Below, piece by piece: positions 18,501 to 28,175 of a stretch of DNA of 64,000 bases (the first letter of the stretch is position 1; each line of letters begins with the position of its first letter). Below the pieces are notes generated by a model, which ran no database searches, was not told where the DNA came from, and worked only from the letters and a program-made list of their open reading frames with translations. The stretch lies in NCBI GenBank assembly GCA_965223665.1, contig OZ245011.1, positions 2,400,001-2,464,000 of the forward strand, given 5' to 3'. Source of the DNA: Nitrospinaceae bacterium. Lineage in GTDB: Bacteria; Nitrospinota; Nitrospinia; Nitrospinales; Nitrospinaceae. The translations under genes and the position numbers were made by a program.

Positions 18501-21320
18501 ATGAACCTTTCTAAAAAATGGTTAGTCCTGTTTTTAATCATCGTTTTTGTTTGCATGATGTTTGCGGACAAAATTATTGCTTTCTACATCGATCTTCTTT
18601 GGTTTGAAAAATACCAGTTACTTCCGGTTATTTGGACAATTCTAGGAGCCCAATTGGGATTAGGATTGGGATTTGGCGTTTTATTTTTCCTTATTTCTTT
18701 CGGTGTATTAAGATCTGCTTATAACAAATCCTCTCACATTCCGATCAACCTAAAAGACCACCTTAGGCAAAATGTTCCCATATTAGAGCTCATGGCTACT
18801 AACTTAAAACCATTGGTTCTATTTGTACCCTTATTTTTCTCTGTTCTTATTGGTCTGATAGCAGCAGATCGTTGGGAAGAAGCTCTAAAGTTTCTAAATC
18901 AAGTCCCTTATGGTCAAACCGATCCTATTTTTGGAAAAGATTATTCCTTCTATTTATTCACTTTGCCATTTCTTACATTTATTAAGACATTTCTTTGGAC
19001 AGGGCTTGCTTTAATTGCAATTGGATTAGGTCTGATTTACTTTTTTAAACAGCATATTTTTCTAACCGCCTCGGGGTTTGGAACTAATGCCCATGCCAGA
19101 AAATCATTATGTACCTTAGCCGCTTTAGGATTTTTAACATATGCTTTTGATATCTTTCTTCAGCGGTTTGGTTTACTGGTGAGCAGTAACTCAAATGTTG
19201 TCGCAGGTCTCAACTATGCGGATGCATGGGGGCGGCTACCCCTACTCAATTTTCTAATCATTCTTTCATTGATTGGGGCAGTTATAAGTCTATTGTCTCG
19301 CGGAAAAGAGACTTTACGAAATTTATTTATTACGGGTTTAGGAATTGGCCTCGTATTTCTGGCAAGTAATTTTTATCCCGGTCTCCTGCAAAAATTTGTG
19401 GTGGATCCCAATGAACTTATCAAGGAAACCCCTTACATAGAGCATACTATTGCAGGAACCGTTGAAGGATATGGATTAAAAGAAATCGAAGTCAACGAAC
19501 TTACTGGTTCCAATTCTATTGACGCCGATACCATACAAAAAAATCATACCACCATTGAAAATATTCGATTATGGGACCAGGATCAATTATTGGCAACCCT
19601 AGGTCAAATCCAGGAAATTCGAACCTATTATCAATTTAAATCTGTTGATAATGACCGTTACCACATAAATGGAAAATATCAGCAAACCTTATTGTCACCT
19701 AGAGAATTACAATCCAGCAGCTTACCCAATAGAACCTGGATAAATGAGCATTTAACTTTCACCCATGGCTACGGCGTTTCTCTTAGCCCAGTAAATCAAA
19801 TAACCCCCGAAGGTTTGCCGGTTTTGTATATTAAAGATATTCCACCTAGATCCTCTATAGACTTAAAAGTTACACAACCCGAGATATATTACGGAGAGTT
19901 ATCAAATGAACATGTATTTGTAAATACAGGGACAAAAGAGTTTGATTACCCGGAAGGTGAAAAGAATGTTTATAAAAATTATGAAGGGACAGGAGGAGTT
20001 TCAGTTGGTTCCTTTTTGAGAAAAATTTTATTCGCCATTCGTTTTAAAACTATGAAAATTCTTTTTTCCCAAGATATAAATAGCGAGAGTCGGGTATTAA
20101 TTTATCGAGATATTGAAGAAAGAGTAAAAAAGGTTGCGCCCTTTTTACATTTTTCGAATGACCCTTATCTTGTGATTACTAACGAAGGCCGCTTGGTCTG
20201 GATGTATGACGCTTTTACAACTAGTGATAACTTACCCTACTCACTTATGATTAGAGAAACCAGTATCATTAAAGGGGTTGCAAACTATATTCGAAACTCT
20301 GTGAAAGTAGTTATTGACGCTTATGATGGGAGCATGACCTTTTATATTTCGGACTCAAAAGATCCAATTATCGCTACCTACAAAAACTTATTTCCTACCA
20401 TGTTTCAAGAATTAGAAAAAATGCCTTTGGACTTAAAGCAACATATCCGGTACCCATCGCTATTATTCAATATACAAGCCTTTGTTTATGCAACCTATCA
20501 CATGAAAACCCCGCAAATTTTTTACAATAAGGAAGATCAATGGGAAATCCCTGAAATTGATGGGAAAGGAATGCAGCCTTATTACACTATTATGAAACTT
20601 CCAGGAAAAAGCCAAGAGGAATACATTTTAATGCTTCCATTCACGCCAAGTGGCAAGCAAAATTTATCTGCCTGGATGGTAGGCCTGAGTGATGGAGTAG
20701 ATTACGGGAAATTACTTATATATAAATTTCCCAAACAAAAGTTAATCTATGGGCCAGAGCAAATGGTCGCTCGTATCAATCAGGATGCAGAAATATCGAG
20801 ACAGATCTCTTTATGGGATCAACGAGGATCACAGGTCATTCAAGGCAATCTATTGGTAATCCCCATTGAAGAGTCATTGATATATGTACGTCCCTTATAC
20901 TTAAAAGCGGAAAATGGAAAAATTCCCGAGCTTAAGCGAGTTATCGTCGGATACCAGGATCAAATTGCCATGGAGCCCACATTAGATGAGGCATTAAGCA
21001 AAATTTTTCGGGGATTTGAAAAACAAACAGAAGAAAGCTCTGAATCTATTTTGAAAAAAGACGAGGGATCAAAGGAAACACAAATAACAGAGGGTTTTAT
21101 CGTTTTAAAGGAAGCTGATTATCGCAAAATAAAAGATTTTTATGAAAGAACCATTGATTCGCAAGACCTTCTAAAAAACGCTCTTTCGAACTACCAACAA
21201 GATCTTAAAGATTTAGGAACCGCTTTAGACAACGTCACTGTTTTAAGTGACATAAAAACAGCTCCTGAACCTCTTCCAAACCCTATTGAAGAAAAAAAAG
21301 TACCAAGTGAGCAACACTAA
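18501..21320 (+). CDS. UPF0182 family membrane protein
   Basis: Multi-TM N-terminus, DPIFGKD..FY.F.LP, NIRLWD, QEIRTYY, FTHGYG, NYIRNSVKVVIDAYDG, IPELKRVIV. Confidence 0.92.
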   Translation: MNLSKKWLVLFLIIVFVCMMFADKIIAFYIDLLWFEKYQLLPVIWTILGAQLGLGLGFGVLFFLISFGVLRSAYNKSSHIPINLKDHLRQNVPILELMATNLKPLVLFVPLFFSVLIGLIAADRWEEALKFLNQVPYGQTDPIFGKDYSFYLFTLPFLTFIKTFLWTGLALIAIGLGLIYFFKQHIFLTASGFGTNAHARKSLCTLAALGFLTYAFDIFLQRFGLLVSSNSNVVAGLNYADAWGRLPLLNFLIILSLIGAVISLLSRGKETLRNLFITGLGIGLVFLASNFYPGLLQKFVVDPNELIKETPYIEHTIAGTVEGYGLKEIEVNELTGSNSIDADTIQKNHTTIENIRLWDQDQLLATLGQIQEIRTYYQFKSVDNDRYHINGKYQQTLLSPRELQSSSLPNRTWINEHLTFTHGYGVSLSPVNQITPEGLPVLYIKDIPPRSSIDLKVTQPEIYYGELSNEHVFVNTGTKEFDYPEGEKNVYKNYEGTGGVSVGSFLRKILFAIRFKTMKILFSQDINSESRVLIYRDIEERVKKVAPFLHFSNDPYLVITNEGRLVWMYDAFTTSDNLPYSLMIRETSIIKGVANYIRNSVKVVIDAYDGSMTFYISDSKDPIIATYKNLFPTMFQELEKMPLDLKQHIRYPSLLFNIQAFVYATYHMKTPQIFYNKEDQWEIPEIDGKGMQPYYTIMKLPGKSQEEYILMLPFTPSGKQNLSAWMVGLSDGVDYGKLLIYKFPKQKLIYGPEQMVARINQDAEISRQISLWDQRGSQVIQGNLLVIPIEESLIYVRPLYLKAENGKIPELKRVIVGYQDQIAMEPTLDEALSKIFRGFEKQTEESSESILKKDEGSKETQITEGFIVLKEADYRKIKDFYERTIDSQDLLKNALSNYQQDLKDLGTALDNVTVLSDIKTAPEPLPNPIEEKKVPSEQH

Positions 21321-22753
21321 ATTTCTTTAGTCTCACTTCCAAAAAGATTGAGTTGAACGGGTTGGGGACCCTTACCATCAATGGAAACAGGGTAATTTCC
21401 ATCAAAACATGCGCTACAGAATTGACTTTTATCTTCCTCCATAACCTCTAACATATTATCCAAACTTAAATATTCTAATGAATCCGCGGTTAGAAACCGA
21501 CGAGTCTCTTCGACAGTATGCCTAGAGGCAATCAACTCCTCCCTATTAGGAGTATCTATCCCATAGTAGCAGGGATATAAACTTGGGGGCGAACTGATCC
21601 GTACATGGACTTCTTTCGCTCCTGCATTTTGTAACATTTTTACAATTTTTCGGCTTGTCGTTCCTCTAACAATAGAGTCATCAATAATGACAATGCGTTT
21701 ATCACGAATCAACTCTTTAACCGGATTTAACTTTACCTTGACCCCAAAATGACGAATTTGAGATTGAGGTTCAATAAAAGTTCTGCCCACATAATGATTA
21801 CGGATTAAGCCCATTTCATAAGGGATTCCTAATTCCTCAGAAAAACCTAACGCAGATAAATTTCCAGAGTCAGGAACAGGTACCACTAAATCAGCTTTCA
21901 CAGGAGCCTGTCGAGCTAAAGCCTGCCCCATCCGTTTTCGGACTGAATAAACAAAATCGCCAAATAGGAAACTATCCGGACGTGCAAAATAAATATGCTC
22001 AAATATACACTGTTTCGACTCATATCTACGAAAAGGAAAGTAAGATTGCACACCATTTTCGTTAATGAGCAAAACTTCGCCAGGCTTAATTTCGCGAATA
22101 AATTCTGCTTCAATCAAATCCATTACACATGATTCTGAAGCTACAATATAAGCATCTCCCAATTTTCCCAAGCACAAAGGCCGAAACCCATATGGATCTC
22201 GGGCCGCAATAATTTCATTTTCTGACATTAGAGCCAGCGAATACGCTCCTTTCACTTCGGAAAGAGCTTCCACCACTCTCTCTAGAAACGACTCAGCATG
22301 CGACTGAGCAATAAGGTGCACAATAACTTCACTATCGTTAGTCGACTGGAAAATTGCTCCATGTTCAACTAAAACTTCCCGAATCTGCTGAGAGTTTACT
22401 AAATTTCCATTATGAGCTAAAGCAAGAGAGCCCTTAGAATAATTAATAAGGCAAGGTTGGGCATTCATTATTTTACTAATTCCAGAAGTTGAATAACGAT
22501 TATGCGCTATGGCCATATTACCCGGAAGACGTTGCATTCTTTGGGAACTAAAAATATCGGCCACCAGCCCCATTCCAACTTCAATATAGACATTTCCTTT
22601 ATCAACAGAAGCAATTCCTGCGCTTTCCTGGCCACGATGCTGGAGAGCATATAAACCAAGATAGGCCAGGTTTGCCGCTTCAGGATGACCGTAAATGGCA
22701 ACTACACCGCATTCCTCATGGAATTTGTCGTCTTTAAGAAATTCTATTTCCAT
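21317..22753 (-). CDS. purF: Amidophosphoribosyltransferase (propeptide, Fe-S type)
   Basis: [42 protein letters not shown]. Confidence 0.97.
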   Translation of the reverse strand: MEIEFLKDDKFHEECGVVAIYGHPEAANLAYLGLYALQHRGQESAGIASVDKGNVYIEVGMGLVADIFSSQRMQRLPGNMAIAHNRYSTSGISKIMNAQPCLINYSKGSLALAHNGNLVNSQQIREVLVEHGAIFQSTNDSEVIVHLIAQSHAESFLERVVEALSEVKGAYSLALMSENEIIAARDPYGFRPLCLGKLGDAYIVASESCVMDLIEAEFIREIKPGEVLLINENGVQSYFPFRRYESKQCIFEHIYFARPDSFLFGDFVYSVRKRMGQALARQAPVKADLVVPVPDSGNLSALGFSEELGIPYEMGLIRNHYVGRTFIEPQSQIRHFGVKVKLNPVKELIRDKRIVIIDDSIVRGTTSRKIVKMLQNAGAKEVHVRISSPPSLYPCYYGIDTPNREELIASRHTVEETRRFLTADSLEYLSLDNMLEVMEEDKSQFCSACFDGNYPVSIDGKGPQPVQLNLFGSETKEI

Positions 22754-24971
22754 ATGTGCTCAATGTATTGTTCCAAATATCACTCAATTCAAGAATATTG
22801 CAATCAATGAATGATTCATTATTAACAACCAATTTAAACCCTGAAGATTTAACAGAACCTATATCTTTCCACTCTATGTTAGCCTGGCTGGCCATTTTTT
22901 CAATTTCTCTTTCATTTTCTGGTGGAAACGAAATCACAATTCGCGACTGAGATTCTCCAAATATTAAAGCATCTACCCTCAATGCAGAATTCAGTTCAAT
23001 TTCAACTCCAAAAGTACTTGGGCCCGTAATACATGATTCAACTAAAGCGACGGCCAATCCACCTTCAGAACAATCATGTGCAGATGAGATCAATTTATTT
23101 TTAATTAAGTCACGGCACAACTTCTGAACATTTTTTTCTTGAGCAATATCCAATGCAGGAGCTTTTCCTCTACAAAGGCCATCCTTTAATTTTAAATATT
23201 CACTTCCACCTAATTCTTCGCGGGAAATGCCAAGGATTGCAATTCGCTCATCTTCATTTTTAAACCATTGAGTGCAATGGAGATTTCGATTTTCAAGCAA
23301 TCCCACTACAGCAATTGTTGGCGTTGGAAATATTGCCTCTCCTTTAGTCTCATTATATAGACTGACATTGCCGCTGACTACAGGAATATCAAAAGAGCGG
23401 CACATATCTCCTAACCCTTTGACCGCTTGTTCAAACTGCCACATAATTTCCGGGTTCTCTGGGTTTCCGAAGTTCAGACAATTAGTCACTCCGATTGGTT
23501 CTGCTCCAGAACAAGATAAATTGCGGCAGCATTCGGCAACGGCAATTTGCGCACCTAAATATGGGTCTAAATAACAATAACGACTATTACAATCCACAGA
23601 AACTGCTAGAGCTTTATTAGTATCCTTGATTCGAATTACTGCAGCATCTGATCCAGGCATTACCAGCGTATTTAAACGCACCATATGGTCGTATTGCTCG
23701 TATATCCATCGCTTACTGGCAATAGAAGGAGAGGCCAAAAGCTGCTTTAAAGACGAATTTCCATTTTTAGGAATTTCTAATTGATTCAGGTCCAATGAAT
23801 TTACTTGATCTAAATAAAGCGGCTTTTGCGTGGGTCGGTCACATTTCAACGCACCCGTCACAACTGTTTCAATGGGTAAACTTAATACTTCTTCACCCTC
23901 CATTTTTGCACGAAAAACTCCGTCTTCCGTGACCTTCCCTATTACTGCAACATCTAAATCCCATTTTTCAAAAATATCGATTGCCTCTTGTTCATGCCCT
24001 TTTTCTACAACAAATAACATCCTTTCTTGTGATTCTGAAAGCATGATTTCATATGCAGTCATTCCCTTCTCACGAATTGGTACTTTAGAAAGGTCCAACT
24101 CAATACCCATGCCAGCCCTTTCCGCCATTTCAAATGAAGAAGAGCTTAGTCCCGCGGCACCCATATCTTGAACTCCAACCACCCAATCTTTTTTCATTAT
24201 TTCCAAGCAAGCTTCTAACAAAAGTTTTTCTGTAAAAGGATCCCCTACTTGAACCGTTGGACGCTTCTCTTCAGTCATATCGTCAAATTCTGCAGAAGCC
24301 ATACTTGCCCCATGAATTCCATCGCGCCCTGTTTTTGAACCCACATAGATTAAGGGATTTCCTACACCCGAGGCTTTGCCTAAAAAAATTTTATCTGCCT
24401 TGGCAATCCCAAGACAAAATACATTCACCAAAATATTTCCGTTGTAACAGGAATCGAAATACGTATCTCCACCAATTGTCGGAACTCCTACGCAATTTCC
24501 ATAACTAGAAATCCCTTCAACCACTCCATTAAGCAAAAATCTTGTTTTTGGGTCTTGAGGGTCACCAAATCTGAGGGAATCCAATAAAGCTATGGGTCGA
24601 GCTCCCATAGTAAAGATATCCCTTAAAATGCCACCTACCCCAGTAGCAGCGCCCTGGTGAGGTTCTATAAAAGAGGGATGGTTATGACTTTCAATTTTAA
24701 AAATAGCAGCTAACCCGTCTCCGATGTCAACTACTCCTGCATTTTCTCCCGGGCCTTGAATAACTCTTGATCCTTGGGTAGGTAAAGTTTTTAAGTGAGG
24801 TCGCGAGCTTTTATAGCTGCAGTGCTCACTCCACATGGCAGAAAAAACTCCTAACTCAGCTAAGTTGGGTTCTCGCTTCAGTAACTCAAGAATTCGTTGA
24901 TATTCTTCAGGGCTAAGACCATGATCAGCAATTAATTCAGGTGTGATTTTAGGTTGAACAGGAGCGGCCAT
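22734..24971 (-). CDS. purL: FGAM synthase subunit PurL (small)
   Basis: [44 protein letters not shown]. Confidence 0.97.
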   Translation of the reverse strand: MAAPVQPKITPELIADHGLSPEEYQRILELLKREPNLAELGVFSAMWSEHCSYKSSRPHLKTLPTQGSRVIQGPGENAGVVDIGDGLAAIFKIESHNHPSFIEPHQGAATGVGGILRDIFTMGARPIALLDSLRFGDPQDPKTRFLLNGVVEGISSYGNCVGVPTIGGDTYFDSCYNGNILVNVFCLGIAKADKIFLGKASGVGNPLIYVGSKTGRDGIHGASMASAEFDDMTEEKRPTVQVGDPFTEKLLLEACLEIMKKDWVVGVQDMGAAGLSSSSFEMAERAGMGIELDLSKVPIREKGMTAYEIMLSESQERMLFVVEKGHEQEAIDIFEKWDLDVAVIGKVTEDGVFRAKMEGEEVLSLPIETVVTGALKCDRPTQKPLYLDQVNSLDLNQLEIPKNGNSSLKQLLASPSIASKRWIYEQYDHMVRLNTLVMPGSDAAVIRIKDTNKALAVSVDCNSRYCYLDPYLGAQIAVAECCRNLSCSGAEPIGVTNCLNFGNPENPEIMWQFEQAVKGLGDMCRSFDIPVVSGNVSLYNETKGEAIFPTPTIAVVGLLENRNLHCTQWFKNEDERIAILGISREELGGSEYLKLKDGLCRGKAPALDIAQEKNVQKLCRDLIKNKLISSAHDCSEGGLAVALVESCITGPSTFGVEIELNSALRVDALIFGESQSRIVISFPPENEREIEKMASQANIEWKDIGSVKSSGFKLVVNNESFIDCNILELSDIWNNTLSTYGNRIS

Positions 24972-24981
24972 TGACTTTGAG

Positions 24982-25682
24982 TTAGTTCGCTTTAATCAGA
25001 GAATTAAAAATAAATTGACCGTCTAATTCTGAAAATGTGGGATCAGCACAACGCTCTGGGTGAGGCATCATTCCAAGACATTTTTTCCGGCATTAGTCAC
25101 CCCAGCAATATTCGAAATTGAACCGTTAGGATTCACAGAATCGTCAATTTCTCCAGTTGGATTACAATATCTAAATGCAATCTGGTTATTATCTTCCAAT
25201 CTTTTGAGCATTTCAGAATCTACAAAATAATTTCCTTGCCCATGGTTTACAGGAATTCTTAACACTGCTTTTTCTTTACATGATTCCGTAAAAACCGTTT
25301 GATGATTTTCCACCCTTAATTCCAACATTTTACAAATAAATTTTTGAGTCTGATTCCGCAGTAAGGCTCCAGGTAATAGTCCCGATTCCACCAAAATTTG
25401 GAAGCCATTACATATGCCTAAAACTTTACCCCCTTGATTGGCATATTTAACAACTGATCTCATGATGGGAGAAAATTTTGCAATTGCCCCTGTACGTAAA
25501 TAATCTCCGTAAGAAAACCCACCAGGAAGAATAATAAAACTATAGGACCCCATTTCCTGATCCTTATGCCAAATATATTCTGCATCTAAGCCGTAAACCT
25601 CGCTCAAAATATGAAAACAGTCATGGTCACAGTTGGATCCGGGGAATACGACAACACCACACTTAATATTAGAAACGTCCAT
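24982..25682 (-). pseudogene. purQ: FGAM synthase glutaminase subunit PurQ, interrupted by 1-nt frameshift near 25071-25086 (error, real lesion or recoding)
   Basis: FPGSNCD, PGGFSYGDYLR, GICNGFQ in the first frame, which stops at NVLE*. Shifted frame continues [31 protein letters not shown] to TAA at 24982. Confidence 0.9.
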
Positions 25683-25688
25683 ATAACC

Positions 25689-25937
25689 TCAGTCTGCAGT
25701 TTCTAATGTAAATTGATAGGATTCAATGACGGTGTTAGCCAATAACTTTTCACACATTTCTTTTATTCGGTTTTGGGCTTCATTTTCAGAAACTCCTTGA
25801 AGACGCACCTCCATATATTTCCCTAAGTGGACCTCTTGAACTTCTGAAAATCCCAAATCCTGAAGCGCATGATGAACAGCTTTGCCCTGAGGATCTAATA
25901 CCCCATTTTTTAATGTTACGTGGATTTTTGCTAACAT
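25689..25937 (-). CDS. purS: FGAM synthase subunit PurS
   Basis: LKNGVLDPQG...GK...CEKLLANTVIE. Confidence 0.96.
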   Translation of the reverse strand: MLAKIHVTLKNGVLDPQGKAVHHALQDLGFSEVQEVHLGKYMEVRLQGVSENEAQNRIKEMCEKLLANTVIESYQFTLETAD

Positions 25938-26107
25938 GGATGAATTAAAAAGAATTAATTGTGGGATCCAATTTCTTTCGGTTCAAATTTAGCATAGAAT
26001 TCTTTACAAATCATCCAGGTTTTCAATTCAAATTCCCAAGTTTATGATAACCTTTATCAATTGTTTGTTTTCTTTATTATTCTTAACCATTTTCATAGAA
26101 AAAAATT

Positions 26108-28162
26108 ATGTTAAATCGGTGGAATGACTCTGAGGCGAAGGCCGCAATAAAAAAATATTCAAACTTTTCAGAAGACATTGGTCTTCGAGTTTATACCTCA
26201 AGGCTTATTGGAGCGGACCCTGCTCTGGTATTGCATGGGGGTGGGAATACTTCGGTTAAATCCGTTGCCAAAAATCGGATAGGGGATGATACCAAAGTGC
26301 TATTTGTAAAAGGAAGTGGCTGGGATTTAGATACTATAGAACCCCCAGGGTTGCCGGGTGTTCAATTAGACTATCTTCAAAAGTTAAGAAACTTATCTCA
26401 ATTAAGTGATGAGGATATGGTAAACGAGCAAAGGACTCACTTATTAGATGCCTCTTCCCCAAATCCATCGGTTGAAACATTGTTACATGCTTTTTTACCT
26501 CATAAGTTTGTAGACCATTCTCATGCAGACGCTATTTTAGTAATTGCAAATCAACCCAATGCAGAATCCATATGCAAAGATATTTATAGAGATGAGTTGG
26601 GGATTGTTCCTTACATTATGCCTGGGTTTGATTTGGCAAAAGCTGCTGCTGAAGCTTATGAAAAAAATCCAAACGTTAAGGGATTAGTATTAATCAACCA
26701 TGGTTTGTTTACATTTGCAGAATCCGCTAAGGACAGTTATGACTATCACATCGAGGCAGTAACTCAAGCTGAGTCATATATATCAGGACACACCAGAAAA
26801 AAACTAACCCTTCAACAACCTCAACCCAAATCGGCTACAGAAATATTGAATAATATTGCACCGATTCTCCGCGGTCTTTATTTTGAAAAATCTCAAATGA
26901 ATTGGTTGGTCCATCACCGGGAATGCGACAAAGCATTACAATTTGCATCGTCTGAGGAATGCTTAGAATGGACACAAATAGGAACTGCCACACCAGACCA
27001 TGTAATTCGGACCAAACAAAAACCCCTGATTTTAAATCCTAAGAATCTTGAAGATGAAAATGCCTTAAGGCAGGAAATCACCCAAACCTTAAATCAATAT
27101 ATGCAATCTTACCATCAGTATTTCATCTCTAATAAAGAGAAAAAAGGAGTTGATAAAAAAGAACTGGATCCGTTGCCACGAATTATTTTGGTTTCTGGAT
27201 TAGGTTTAGTCACTATGGGAAAAACTCCCAAGGAAGCTAATATTGCTGCTGATATTTATCAACATACTATTGAGATTATTCAGGATGCTTTTAGCATTGG
27301 ATCCTACCAACCTCTAAAGGACCACGACTTATTTGATATGGAATATTGGTCCTTGGAACAGGCTAAACTGGGCAAATCATCTCCTTCTTTGTTACAGGGA
27401 AAAATTGTTTATATTACAGGAGCGGCCTCGGGTATCGGGTTTGCCACTGCTAAGCTGTTTGCAGAAAAAGGTGCCAATCTTTTCTTGGTTGACATTAGTT
27501 CAGATCAATTGCAAAAAGCCGGAGACCAAATTAAAAAAGAATGTAAAACAAAGGTAGAAACCTTAACCATGGATGTTACCGACGAAAAAGCGGTTGTAGA
27601 ATCCTTTAGACAGGTTGTCCAAAAGTTTGGGGGGTTAGATTACTTAATTTCAAATGCAGGCAATGCTGTTCAAGGACCCATTGCGCAGATTGACAGAGCT
27701 GCACTGCGTGAGAGCTTTGAGCTAAACTTTTTTTCTCATCATCATTTAGCAGCGCAAGCTGTAAAAATTTTCTTAAAACAAAAAACTGGAGGTACTCTCT
27801 TATTTAATGCTTCTAAAGCTGCCTTTAACCCAGGAAAATTTTTTGGCCCCTATGCCCTTCCAAAAGCGGGGGTGGTTGCTCTTACCAAACAATTCGCTTT
27901 AGATTATGGAGATCAAGGAATTCGAGCCAATGCCATCAATGCAGATCGAATTAGAACCGGATTGTTTACGGAAGATTTTATTGAGGAGAGAGCCTCTGCC
28001 CGTGGATTGAAACCAGAAGATTATTTCAAAGACAATTTATTACGCCAGGAAGTTTTGGATAAAGATGTCGCCCAAGCATTCTTACATTTAGCCCTATCTG
28101 AAAAAACCACCGGTTGTGTGTTTTCTGTAGACGGTGGAAACATAGCTGCAAGTCCCCGGTAA
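26108..28162 (+). CDS. Bifunctional class II aldolase / short-chain dehydrogenase
   Basis: LHGGGNTSVK, PSVETLLH, DHSHAD, NHG, TPDH, EYWSLEQAKL, then SDR TGAASGIG, NAG, YxxxK, VDGG. Confidence 0.9.
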   Translation: MLNRWNDSEAKAAIKKYSNFSEDIGLRVYTSRLIGADPALVLHGGGNTSVKSVAKNRIGDDTKVLFVKGSGWDLDTIEPPGLPGVQLDYLQKLRNLSQLSDEDMVNEQRTHLLDASSPNPSVETLLHAFLPHKFVDHSHADAILVIANQPNAESICKDIYRDELGIVPYIMPGFDLAKAAAEAYEKNPNVKGLVLINHGLFTFAESAKDSYDYHIEAVTQAESYISGHTRKKLTLQQPQPKSATEILNNIAPILRGLYFEKSQMNWLVHHRECDKALQFASSEECLEWTQIGTATPDHVIRTKQKPLILNPKNLEDENALRQEITQTLNQYMQSYHQYFISNKEKKGVDKKELDPLPRIILVSGLGLVTMGKTPKEANIAADIYQHTIEIIQDAFSIGSYQPLKDHDLFDMEYWSLEQAKLGKSSPSLLQGKIVYITGAASGIGFATAKLFAEKGANLFLVDISSDQLQKAGDQIKKECKTKVETLTMDVTDEKAVVESFRQVVQKFGGLDYLISNAGNAVQGPIAQIDRAALRESFELNFFSHHHLAAQAVKIFLKQKTGGTLLFNASKAAFNPGKFFGPYALPKAGVVALTKQFALDYGDQGIRANAINADRIRTGLFTEDFIEERASARGLKPEDYFKDNLLRQEVLDKDVAQAFLHLALSEKTTGCVFSVDGGNIAASPR

Positions 28163-28175
28163 GAAAATTCATCAA

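Noticed and set aside
23272-24508. Plus-strand ORFs inside purL, and similar 60-125 aa nested ORFs throughout the track
   Set aside because: Antisense or alternate-frame shadows of well-supported genes, with no motifs or RBS.
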